Shown: positions 52,129-64,000 of the stretch, piece by piece
Numbering within the stretch: position 1 is the stretch's first letter
Layout of the letters: every line of letters begins with the position of its first letter
Assembly (NCBI GenBank): GCA_024704765.1
Contig: JAKMXF010000244.1
Coordinates: 425,905-489,904 of the forward strand
Reading direction: 5' to 3'
Origin: Oopsacas minuta
Lineage: Eukaryota > Animalia > Porifera
Length of the DNA: 64,000 nt
Made by a program: the position numbers and the translations under genes
Notes under the pieces: generated by a model
Database searches by the model: none
What the model was told of the DNA's origin: nothing
The model's input: the letters and a program-made list of their open reading frames with translations, nothing else

Positions 52129-53460
52129 TCAAGGGGTTCAATAAGTCTTACGGGTCATGATAAATCTTAGGAATTAGTCAAGTAATACATCAAACTTTCA
52201 TATATTTTAAGCACATATAGTTAAACTCCATATACTGAAAGTTTCAAGCATATTCAATACAAATAGTGAATTTTTGAGATAGTTACGTGTAGTCAATTTA
52301 TACCCACTGTTGAACTTATGGCTTCAAAGGATGATAATTTCAACCTCAAATGGCGAGCTTACATAGGGTTTCGCACAATACTCAAGATCAAGCCCGTACA
52401 GATCTTCAGTGAGATACAGGAGATATTGTGCGTGGGTTATCCTTCCAGATCTACTGTAGAGCGTGATGGGCTGCCCGTTTTAGATCTAGTGATGCTGATG
52501 TCACAGATTTGACTCGATCTGGAAGACCGATATCCGCCACCACTTCAGAGAATATCGCACTCATTGAAAGTATGGTTATGGAAGACAAGTGCATTACTGT
52601 CAATCAGTTAGAACAAAGTATGGAGATTTCATAGGGAGCTATTCATACAATTCTGACAACTGGGTTTGGCTACCGATCGATTTGTGGGAAGTGGGTCCCG
52701 CATAAGCTCAGTGAGAATCAAAGGTTGGTACGACTGAATAAAGCCAAGAAACTCTTGGAAACTCATGAGAACTGCGATTCTAGACACCTAACAGAGATTA
52801 TTACTGGTGACGAGACGTGGGTGTACTGTTCAACACCATATAGCAAGTATAAGAAGCGATCATGGGTGAGGGGCGACGAACAACCGGCGAAAATTCCTAG
52901 GCCCGACTACAGAAACTAAGATTGAGCATACCATCTTCCTCAGTAGTCATGGAATTGTCTTGCAATTATCTTGTGAGAGTGACAAGGCTGGTACTGCTAC
53001 TTTCTTTACAGAACAAGTGCTTCCAAATTTGATAAAAACATAGAAATTACCGCCCGAAAACCGGAACTCGAGGAATGAAGATTTTAATTGATAACGCCAG
53101 TTCCCATACAGCTAAGCTTACCAAAGATTTCCCGGATCTAGAAGGGTTAGAATTACTTCGCCATCCACCATCTCACCAGACCTAGCTCCGTGTGATTTTT
53201 GGCTATTCTCTAAGCTTAAAATCTACCTTCAAGGCAAAGATTTTAACACATTACAAGCACTCGGAACGGGTCTGTACCAGTACTTCAAATCCATCCCCGA
53301 AGAAGAGTACAGAAATGTGTTTTACAAGTGGGTGGAAAGGTTAAAACTTTGCGTATCTGCAGGAGGGGATATCTTTGAATAAATAATATAGTGAATTAGT
53401 GTGTATAGTGTTTGTATCATATTCTATGATATCACCCGCAAGACTTATTAAACGCCCTAG
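52129..53460 (+). mobile_element. mariner (DD34D) element, copy A, defective
   Basis: TIR AGGGCGTTCAATAAGTCTTGCGGG-type, TA TSD. Transposase 52318-53382 with ITGDETW, DNASSH, PDLAPCDFWLF. Confidence 0.95.
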
Positions 53461-54113
53461 TAATAACTTAAATGTCTATATTTACCTAAAGATTTAGACT
53501 GTACTTCAACTAAGATTCTTCCAGAAATTCGATTAAATAGTTCCCTCTCGCGTCTAGCTGAACATGTACAAGTGATTTTGGAAAGGCAATGAGGGGGTTG
53601 CAAAATTTCACAGTGGAAGTGAATGCACATCATGACATTGTTTACCATAGCAACGAGTGTGAAGTTTGCTAGTATTCGACCATGTAAACTTCAATCATTA
53701 ATTTCACTCACTTGTACACCTCATATTTACGCATAATTGGTATCATTCGATAGAAGATCATTGGACATTATAGCCAATATAATTATTTTCAAAATGTTAC
53801 ATTTCACTCAGTGAAAATTGCGGACGATGGATTAGATTATACGTAAAGTATGGTCAGTTCAAACTGTTGTTCCATAAGCTTTACAATACTGAATCTAAAA
53901 TATTTTATGCTAATCGATAATTAAGATGTAAACTTTTCTAACGATATCGATATGATTGTGAAATACAAAAATAATAGCACCAACAACAGCATTCTAAAAA
54001 TCAGGAAATTCACAGTTTTTGTGTATTATAAATTCCACATTTGAAGCCAATTCTCGATATTATTTACCACCAGAATCGCCTCAAACTTTACAGATACCTT
54101 CTATCGTATTCTA

Positions 54114-55418
54114 CGAGGGTCAGTCCAAAAGTTTTGTCGTACAAAGGTTCTATTTTGTCTTCAATCAAATAAATACACCACTATATACTTAGATATATAT
54201 AATGACTCTACTATTATTTTGAGCTATATTCAACACTTATTTCCTGAGTAACGCTATTTTATCCATAAGCTTATATACAGATTTTATTATTACTGAATGG
54301 AACTGGAAAGAAGGGATTTTAGAGCCATTATGTTTTATGACTTTATGTGTAAAATACAGTGGAGCAGAGTCATGATAACTTAGTAGAAGCTTTCAAAGAT
54401 CAAGTTCCATCTAAGCGTACAGTGGAGCGTTTGTATCTAGATTTCAGGAGGGAAAGAACGTCGTTACAAGATGAGGCTAGGTCTGGGCGACTTTCAACCG
54501 CTGTCACTCCAGAGACTATTACTGCTGCCGAGACATTATCAGAGAGGATAGCCGCATTAACTATGAGCAGTTTGCTGAGACCCTAAAGATCGGGAAAGCC
54601 GCCATCAATATCATTTTACATAATTATCTTGGTGTCAGAAGGCTTGCGGCCCGATGGATCCCTCATAATCCTCTGAAATGCAATTAGAGGCAAGGGTAGA
54701 ATGGTGCAAATTTATGCTCAGGAAATTTAAAGGAGGAGAGTCTAAACGAGTTCACGACATACTAACATGTGATGAGTCATGGATCTATCAGTACGATCCG
54801 GAAACAAAGCGGCAATCTTTAATCTGGGTGTTTCCTGGCGAAGATCCCCCTGTTAAAGTTCACCGGGCAGGTAGCGTTGGGAAGAAGATGGTGGCTGCCT
54901 TTTTCTGTATGACTGGCCCAGTAGCAATAATTCCTCTCGAGGATCGTCGTACCGTCAATGCTGATTGGTACATTACCAATTGCTTGCCCAAGGCTTTCGA
55001 AGCTTGGAGTTCTCGTCGCCCTAAGACCGGTATCAGAGGACTTCTCCTTCGCCACGATAATGCATCTGCACACACAGCAGCCAAAACATTGGACTTCCTG
55101 GCTGAAAATTCGGTCCAGTTGGTATCGCATCCACCTTACAGTCCAGATTTAGCGCCAGGCGACTTTCTCTTGTTCCCAACAATCAAGGAAAAGATCCGTG
55201 GAATAAGGTTTGAGAGTCCTGAAGAGGCTCATCTGGCATTGGAAGAGGCCCTTTGGAGCCTGCCAGAGGAAAAATGGCATAGTTGTTTCGACAGTTGGTT
55301 TCATCGTATGCACTTTTGCATAGATTGTTGTGGTCGTTACTTTGAGAAACTGTGAAAGTTTGATTAAATTTGTTAGTATATTTTTTTGCGTACGACAAAA
55401 CCTTTGGACTGACCCTCG
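54114..55418 (+). mobile_element. mariner (DD34D) element, full length, defective
   Basis: TIR CGAGGGTCAGTCCAAAAGTTTTGTCGTAC (1 mismatch), TA TSD, 1305 bp. Transposase 54297-55355 with TCDESW, HDNASAH, YSPDLAPGDFLLF. Confidence 0.95.
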
Positions 55419-56116
55419 TATAATTCGATTTCTTAAAGCAAAACAGAGGGTCGCAAGTAATTTGTATTACTGTTTAATCCTCTTTGAAGTATGTTCTATT
55501 TCTAGATTTCTTTAGTCTTTACAATACGAGCTGCTGTATAGACTATCGTTGTGTTATCTTGTAAGCCTATACACAGTGACTATGATTTTATGCATTGGAA
55601 TTATCCAAAGTTCTAGTAAATGAAAGTTGAGGGATGGATTTTATTGAAGAACAGAGTGAATAATTCCAACTGTTGTTTCGTATTCAAAATGAAACTGAAT
55701 TTGTATTATTAGTACAATTGATAGAAGAAATGAGAAGTTTAGTGCAATAGTGTTATTCTCGCGAATTACTATATTTATCGCGCACAACAGTGTTCCAAAA
55801 ATTCTCAGTTTGTAGTGTATTATGTTTTCTAAAGTTGGAATCCATTTGTATAAATCTATTATTGGGATAATTTTAGCTATAATTCCTTAAAACCTTATAA
55901 CCACCTTCTTTCATGTATTATAATTTAATCCTCTAAACAAAATTGCGATCACTAGACATTTTTATACCTTAATAGTCTTAAATTAACTTTCTTTTACTAT
56001 AAAAATTGTATTTGGAATCCATACTCTGCCAAACCAAACAAAAATTTGTTTCTCACGAAATGATTTGCGACATCATTGCTAGTTCCAATTTCAAATGTTT
56101 GACGCTACATTGTTTA

Positions 56117-57195
56117 CAGGGTGGGGCATAATTTTTGTCCCATAGTTTGATATACTTTTTAACATAGTAATAATTGATTAACTAGAATGATATCAGCCCA
56201 TAAAGTGTATTGATATATCTCTATTTGATTGCAACACTGATTTTGCGATCCTCTCAAATTATTCTCATATTCCAGTTACGTATGAAAGCCAAAAGAGCCA
56301 AAATTATAGGCTTAGTATTTCAAGGGGAAAATCAGTAATTGAAATTTGTAAATCGCTCAAAGAAGATGATGTTTGCAGGAAATTAGTCAATCGCACTATC
56401 AAACGATATAGGGAGACTGGAAGCATGCAAGAAAGAGCTAGAAGTGGACACCGACGTACTACTAGGACCAAGTGCCTGGAAAAAATGGTCAAGGAGAGAA
56501 TTGCGCGAAATTCCCAACGTTCGATGCGAAAAATGACCAGAGACTTTGGAGTAAGCTTGAGATCGCTTAGACGTCTTATGCATGACCTAGGATTAAAGTG
56601 TCTCAAAAGAAGAAAGGTTCACATGCTTACTAGGGCTATAAGAGAAAAGAGGCAGCAAAGATTCCGACTATTGCTATTGCGTGCCGCACTTTCAGTTATG
56701 GACTGCATACCATTTACTACAGAAGAGGTATCTTATAGTCAAAACGATAGGATTTTGTCTACCAGTGTTCGAGAGATACCACAAAGCCTTCGCTTCATTC
56801 ACAGGTCTCAAAACCCCGCTTCAGTCATGGTTTGGGCTGGTATCTCCGCAAATTTCCGGACGAATCATATTTTTGTTCCTCTGAATCCCATAGATTATTA
56901 CGTCTGGTCCATTCTCGAGCAAAGGCCTGTGCTAAATCTCATACGAGAATAGACTCATTGAATGGTGGTTGCAACGAGAATGGTTGAAAATCCTTCAAAA
57001 TCACTTCCGGCGCGCAGTATCCAATTTCCGACCTAGGCTGTTGTTTCTAAGAAAGGTGGCTATATCGAGCATGATAACATTATTTAAATTTTAACAAAAG
57101 TAGTAAACACAATTATGGAGTTTTATCGTTATCAGAAGATTCTTGGATAAAATATACCAAAGGTATTATGGGACATCAACTTATGCACCACCCTG
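56117..57195 (+). mobile_element. Tc1/mariner maT (DD37D)-like element, internally deleted
   Basis: TIRs CAGGGTGGGGCATAA / CAGGGTGGTGCATAA, TA TSD. SQNDR, QNPASVMVWAGIS and LNPIDYYVWSIL present; the DEK and FQQD segments are deleted. Confidence 0.85.
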
Positions 57196-57512
57196 TACAG
57201 AATGATAACTGTAGAGGCTACAAGAGTGCAAGGTGTCCAAAGCATAGGCTTAGCTTGGGGGTTTCTAGGAGTTACTGCACTTGCTGGCAACCCTAGTTGC
57301 AACACCTGGATTACTGGGGATACAAGCAATATCTATGTTATTGCGGTGCTAGCAATCCCAGAGAAATTATCAGTAACCTCAGTGACAACCCTAGAGAAGA
57401 AAATCTAGCCACGCCACTGGTTCCAAGTGAGCTATTAGATAACATGGGCAAAGTTCTAAATTAATGTAATTATCAAAATCACGACAAAAATATGCTTCCG
57501 CAAGGTTTAGTT

Positions 57513-59835
57513 CAGGTTTGTCCAACCCACGGACCGCGAGAGGATTCTATCCGGCCCACCAACATGCTGGAGAACAGTTACCAGTTGGTAGCGATATTTA
57601 ATTGAGTGAAACCTATTTGAGCGAACTCTATTAAGAGAAACCAAATATTGCGAAATCAATTGAATGAAAGCATTTTCAGAAAAGTGTGATTTCAATAACT
57701 TAAAAATCTTTAAATAACTTTTGAATTTAGTTATGATCGAGTAATTATCTGTCACATAACTGGGTTTCTCTCAACTGGAACAGCTCATATAAATTCCAAA
57801 TAATAAACTATCTTAAACAATATTAAAATAACTACAAAACAAATATGTCAAGTCCCGTGATTAAAGCAATTAAAAGGAAAATTGAAAGTGAATGTCGAGT
57901 TTTCAAATCCTCATGGACATTAGATTTTTTCGTCGTAGAACACAACGAATGCTTATTGTGCTTGATATGTCAGGAGATGATAGCTGTATTCAAAGAGTAT
58001 AATATCAAACGACATTACTCTACTAAACATGCAGATAAATTTAACACGCGTACAAGTCAGGTGAGAATCGATCGGGTGAACCTGTTGAAGGATAGCATCA
58101 ACAGTCAACAATTTTTCTTCAAAGTCGTTAAATTAAGTTCTGAGACAGCAACAAAGATCAGCTTTCTGATAACAGAAGCAATAGCTAAGAATGGAAAACC
58201 ATTGTTTGAAGAAGAATTTGTAAAAGATTGCTTAGACATATTTGCATCTGTGACATGCCCAGATAAGAAGTCGATAGTAGAGAGCATCAGTCTGTCATAT
58301 CAAACTGTTGCTAGAAGAGTAGATGATTTATCATCCAACATTGAAATTTCACTAATTGAACGACTCAATGCTTACAAATTTTACAACTTGGCCCTTGATG
58401 AAAGTACAGATGTTAGCGACACAGCTCAACTGGCAATCTTTGTACGCGGGGTCACAGAAAATTAGAAATCATCGAGGAACTGCTTGACTTATGTCAAATG
58501 AAAGACATAATAACTGGGCAAGATATTTTCAATGTAGTAAAACATGTGTTTACGAAATTCAAACTTGCAGATGAAAAACTAAGTGGTTCAACAACCGATG
58601 GAGCCCCTGCTATGATAGGAAAGCATAAAGGTTTTGTTAGCCTTATGCTCAAATCAATGACCTTTCCTGTTATGGCATACCACTGCATTATTCATCAAGA
58701 ACAGTTTATGCAAAGACATTAGATATGAAACATGTGATGGAAAATGTCGTCAATACAGTCAATTTCATAAGGTCGAAGGGACTCAATCACAGACAATTCC
58801 AAGCGTTTCTTGCAGAAGTAGGATCAGACTATACTGATCTTATTTACTTAGCCAACTTCGCTGGATCAGCAGAGCGTCTACCCTAGCCAGATAGTGGTCA
58901 CTACTTGAAGAAATAAAAACATTCATGACCATTAAGGGAAAGGATGTGAGCTTTCTGGATGATTATCATTGGTTGAATGATCACGCATTTCTGGTTGACA
59001 TAACTAAGTATCTCGCAGAATTAAACCTGAAACTACAAGGAAGAAAACAATTCATTAACAACCTATATGAGCATGTCAAAGCCATCATCAACAAATTACA
59101 ATTACTCCACCAACAATATATTTTGAAAAAGGTGGTACATTCGTCAACATTGTCTTCTAGAAAAAGTGAGACAGTGAACCATGACAAGTATTCTGCACTG
59201 ATCACCAGCTTAATCGATGAATTTAAACTAAGGTTTTCTGATTTTAGCGACAAATTCAATGAAATGAATTGTTCACAGATCCGTTTGGAACTGATGCCAC
59301 TAATGCTCCTGAAATGTTCCAACTGGAACTAATTGAAATACAAAATAACTCGGAGAGAAAGAGAGCTTTTACAGAGCATGACCTTCTGACATTTGATAGT
59401 CAATATGTTACATCGGATCTATTTCCTAATTTATCACAACACGCCCTTAGGTTCCTTTCCTTATTTGGCAGCACGTATTACTGTGAACAGCTTTTCTCAA
59501 TGATGAAAAATGTTAAAAGCAAGTCTAGATCACTCCTGACAGACACTCATCTATCAGGAATATTACGGATTGCGATATCAAGTGTACGAGCAGAGTTGAC
59601 TCTTTGTGTAAACAAAAACAAAATCAGATATCCCATTAGATATGTTCTTTATCATTAAAGTTTACTATAATTTAATAAGACATGTAGTGAATTTTCAATT
59701 CTGAAATAATCGGTATTAAGGCCATCCCCAAATAAATAACATCATAGTGCCTCGATATATCCAATGTCGTGCGGCCCCTCAAGTAGTTAAAGAAGCCTTT
59801 ATTTGGCCCCCGAACAAAAAGGATGGACAAGCCTG
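57513..59835 (+). mobile_element. hAT transposon, Buster/SPIN (GTF2IRD2-like) type, defective
   Basis: TIRs CAGGTTTGTCCAACC / CAGGCTTGTCCATCC; 8-bp TSD GTTTAGTT/TTTTAGTC with central TA. Transposase about 57845-59658 with CLICQE..YNIKRHY..KH, ALDESTD, TTDGAPAM, HCIIHQE, FGSTYYCEQLFS. Confidence 0.95.
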
Positions 59836-59915
59836 TTTTAGTCGGATTAGAAAGAATACAGAAATCAAAAGACAAGCAATAACAATTAGGAAACAAGGTG
59901 ACAAATTCAACTAAC

Positions 59916-60089
59916 CGAAATTGTACAAATCTGTGAGTTTATCTGATAAGTATTGGAAACATATGTTGAAAACCCAATTTCTTCGTCTTCGGTGTGCGTA
60001 GTATCAATATCATTCTCATTATCATTGGAAATGAAAAAAGAAGTGTCAGGAAATCCATCGAAACCATCCCTACTCATCAGAATTTTGAC
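59916..60089 (-). CDS. UBR4: UBR4 exon (acidic linker and first Cys of the UBR box)
   Basis: Acceptor TAATTATTTAG, donor TCG|GTTAGT; 174 nt, phase 0-0. VKILMSRDG...NDNENDIDTTHTEDEE...NSQICTIS matches the acidic stretch plus NKLCTFT of UBR4. Missed by the ORF track. Confidence 0.85.
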
Positions 60090-60813
60090 CTAAATAATTA
60101 AAAGAGATGATAGTAGAAGTCATCAGAGCCTTGGGGAAAATGTTACTTAGGACTGTTGTGGTAGAAAATTACTACATTAGATAGCATATCATTATGCTTT
60201 GATTGGGACTTGAATATTAAATATACAACTCTAAGTTCTGAACAAACAATATGACATTGTGAAATGTAACTATATAACTACGTATAAAATCTCTTAATAA
60301 ATCATATATGTCGATGATAATTCATTAACACTATAGAAAATTAATCCATTACGCAAAGAGTTGCATTCGCAAAGAAAAGTAACACTTATATTATCACTTT
60401 GTATAGACCAATCCTTGCACCAAATAGCATGTTTGAAGTCATAAAATAAAACAATCCTAGGCTGTATTCTGTTAATAGAAAATGCAAAGACGAAGTCTCT
60501 GCGATGTCTTGCAAAGAAATTTAAATGAAATTGGCCAAAGGCCTAGTTTTCCCAAAAATTGACAATTAGGACTTTTTTCCATTGATTTGGGCTGGATATT
60601 TGTCAAAGTTTATTAGAAATTAAATAAATTCATACTTTATTGTAACCAATTCCCGTAACAAAAATCAGAAGTCAGAAAATCACACATTTCTCAAAGGGTT
60701 CAGTTCAAGGGAAAGGATCATACGAAATGTTTTAGCAGCATTAAAATTGGTAACTAATCATAACACTTTGATTAATCAGTATAGAAGGAAGATGTTGGAT
60801 GCATGCTATATTA

Positions 60814-62148
60814 TCAGGGCGTTCAATAAGTCTTGCGGGTCATGACATATCTTAGGAATTAGTCAAGTAATACATCAAACTTTCATATATTGTAAGCACA
60901 TATAGTTAAAGTCCATATACTGAAAGTTTCAAGCATATTCAATACAAATAGTGAATTTTTGAGATAGTTACGTGTAGTCAATTTATACCCACTGTTGAAC
61001 TTATGGCTTCAAAGGATGATAATTTCAACCTCAAATGGCGAGCTTACATAGAGTTTCGCACAATACTCAAGATCCAGCCCGTACAGATCTTCAGTGAGTT
61101 ACAGGAGATATTGTGCGTGGGTTATCCTTCCAGATCTACTGTAGAGCGTGATGGGCTGCCCGTTTTAGATCTGGTGATGCTGATGTCACAGATTTGACTC
61201 GATCTAGAAAAACCGGTATCCGCCACCACTTCGGAGATTATCGCACTCATTGAAAGTATAGTCATGGAAGACAAGTGCATCACTGTCAATCAGTTAGAAC
61301 AAAGAATGAAGATTTCATCGGGAGCTATTCATACAATTCTGACAACTGAGCTTGACTACTGATCGATTTGTGGGAAGTGGGTCCCGCATAAGCTCAGTGA
61401 GAATCAAAGGTTGGTACGACTGAATAAGGCCAAGAAACTCTTGGAAACTCATGAGAACTGCGATTCTAGACACCTAACAGAGATTATTACTGGTGACGAG
61501 ACGTGGGTGTACTGTTCAACACCATATAGCAAGTATAAGAAGCGATCATGGGTGAGGGGCGACGAACAACCGACGAAATTTCCTACGCCCGACTTCAGAA
61601 AACCTAAGATCATCTATACCATCTTCTTCAGTAGTCATGGAATTGTCTTGCAATTATCTTGTGAGAGTGACAAGGCTGGTACTGCTACTTTCTTTACAGA
61701 GTAAGTGCTTCCAAATTTGATAAAAAATATAGAAAAGTACCGCCCGAAAACCGGAACTCGAGGAATGAAGATTTTAATTGATAACGCCAGTTCCCATACA
61801 GCTAAGCTTACCAAAGATTTCCCGGATCTAGAAGGGTTAGAATTACTTCGCCATCCACCATCTCACCAGACCTAGCTCCGTGTGATTTTGGCTATTCTCT
61901 AAGCTTAAAATCTACCTTCAAGGCAAGATTTTAACACATTACAAGCACTCGGAACGGGTCTGTACCAGTACTTCAAATCCATCCCCGAAGAAGAGTACAG
62001 AAATGTGTTTTACAAGTGGGTGGAAAGGTTAAAACTTTGCGTATCTGCAGGAGGGGATATCTTTGAATAAATAATATAGTGAATTAGTGTGTATAGTGTT
62101 TGAATCATATTCTATGATATCGCCCCCAAGACTTATTGAACGCCCTAG
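60814..62148 (+). mobile_element. mariner (DD34D) element, copy B, direct repeat of copy A
   Basis: About 96-97% identical to 52129-53460 by eye; TA TSD; transposase 61003-62070. Confidence 0.95.
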
Positions 62149-62849
62149 TATTTGAACTGAAGAACGAGTCGTGTATCGAATACTCAAGTCACGATCAAAG
62201 CATAATTATATGCTATGTAAGGTAATAATTTCTTAACTGATTGAGAGTATCCATGGTATGAGGCAATTTTCATGAGATTTGAAATCCAAACGAATTTATA
62301 ATGATAAAAAAATAAAGCTTGAACCTCTCTTATGTACACAGGTCAGAATGTTGGATTTTGGAGCAAGACACGAAGAGAAAAATTTGAAATAGAAATTTTG
62401 TGTCACATATCTAATCATATTTTACACATATATATACTCGGATACAAAATATATATACAAAAAAATCGAAAGTGAAATCAATGCTCGAAAAGATATATCT
62501 AACACTAGAAGAATTAGTTATAACTAACAATCACAAATTTAAGAGAAAATAATGAAAATAAGTGGAAGAGTAATAGATATCAGCGAGCCAATTAGTGATA
62601 CAGGCAACAAAGAGTGCAATTACGAATGAATTAGATAATATAGTAGATATAACAATTTTACAAAGTTAGTTGACATCTAACAAAATTTTCCAATCATAAA
62701 TTCGTAACAACATCTAGCGAAGAAAATAGAAAACTATGAACAAAAACATCGCCGGGAAGTTAAAGCACGCTTAGTGCACAAAAGAAATATGGTAAAGGCA
62801 AGAAATTGACAAAAAAATTGTACAGAAAAGATAACAAATCCTCACTCAC

Positions 62850-63163
62850 CACTGTTGTGATTAATTTGATTTGCTCAAGTAAATCTGATAAAAAGCTACA
62901 GGAAGCTCCGAATTCTAACATAAAGTCATCATAGATAAAATTTGGCTGGGAAGCAATATGTGCGAGAACAATATCCTTACATCTAGGCAGCCACGACGAT
63001 ACAGCTTTCAAAATCAGCAATTCCCCATGTACATTATGAACTTCAGCTAAACCAGTGATAATTGGTAAGAAACTATTCAAACAAGGATGAGATAAGGTTA
63101 AAAGAGGAAAGGAATTTGGTGTAGATTCAGAAATTGATACATCAGATTCTTTAGAATAAACTT
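62850..63163 (-). CDS. UBR4: UBR4 exon (armadillo-like region just N-terminal of the UBR box)
   Basis: Acceptor TTTTTTTGTCTAG, donor GTG|GTGAGT; 314 nt, phase 1 to 0. GELLILKAVSSWLPRCKDIVL...SCSFLSDLLEQIK resembles the recalled human UBR4 GHLQL..A.DWLSRCKKYL...CHIMSYLADV. Splices in frame to the next exon. Confidence 0.8.
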
Positions 63164-64000
63164 CTAGACAAAAAAAGGGACAATAATAATAGAGAATACG
63201 ATAAAACAATAAAATTGATAATAAAGTTTGAAACCAAGAGTTAATAGATTATAAATTATGGAAAAATAGTATATAAAGTATAAAAATTCCAAAAGCAACT
63301 ATTTACATAGTTTCATTGAAAACAAACAATGAAAAATCGTCGTATATTTGTAGAGTTACAGTAAAACTTTACTATATTATACTAACATTACATAAAACGT
63401 GGTCAATTACAGCCCTCAAATAATATAAGCGCTAGGTACGTACTTCTTGACCTTACAGTTCTTATAAAATCAATCAAATTTAGATCTCGATTGGCTGTAG
63501 AAGACTCTGACACCATTTTACGCAGTCAGAAAGAAGAATCAATCTAAATATAGAAAGTAAACCTCTCTACATTGAACGGGACCGAAAATCTTTGTTCCTT
63601 CGAACTCATTAATCAGAGGTTCAAATTTAATGATAAGCATCAATTTTGGACAAAAGAATAGTGTTCAATCGATGTTTTACTATATTATAAAAGATCTAAA
63701 AATCTGCGCTAATGAATTCACATTGTATGAGATATTGCAATTCTGGTTTGAGAATCGTATTGTAAGCATCCGAATGAACTATTGCAGAACTTTACAACTT
63801 AATTAGACATAGTATTGTCTGAAAATTATCGTGGAGTGTCATTGTGTACCATTTTGTAAAATTGCCACCATGGTATAAGATGGGATCAAGTGGCACAACG
63901 TGGCAATGACTGCCAATTAAGAAACATAAGAGGCAACCAATAGAAGTTAAATTATCTGCAATGGACATTCTTAATGTGTGGAATAGGAATCTGAAATCAA

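Noticed and set aside
63440-63700. Candidate upstream UBR4 exon(s)
   Set aside because: A phase-1 GTACGT donor exists, but the acceptor choice is ambiguous (in-frame TGA with the obvious acceptor) and there is no recognisable homology.

Overview
AT-rich eukaryotic (animal-like) genomic DNA with no prokaryotic operons, rRNA, supported tRNA or CRISPR array. The window lies inside one large minus-strand gene, a divergent UBR4 (p600/Pushover/BIG-type E3 ligase). Seven consecutive exons (1,689 nt, about 563 codons) could be spliced by hand with GT-AG sites and matching phases; they cover the UBR-box zinc finger and the start of the following beta-propeller region. The introns between them (0.7-15.5 kb) are packed with mostly dead cut-and-paste DNA transposons: two inverted PIF/Harbinger copies, a RAG1-like Transib with an RSS-heptamer terminus, a Chapaev3, six mariner (D34D) copies or relics, a maT/DD37D-like element, a Buster/SPIN-type hAT, a ZnF_TTF hAT relic, plus MITEs, foldbacks and Helitron-like ends. 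No reverse transcriptase was recognised. Best leads: (1) a RAG1-like Transib with an NBD-like segment and asymmetric RSS-like ends, head-to-head with a Chapaev; (2) a UBR box that keeps its zinc ligands but appears to have lost its N-degron-binding residues; (3) the inverted Harbinger pair, which shares all main inactivating lesions, shows a sharp divergence switch suggestive of gene conversion, and brackets two frame-symmetric UBR4 exons. All homology calls are by recall of family motifs, not database searches. The organism is not determinable from the window.
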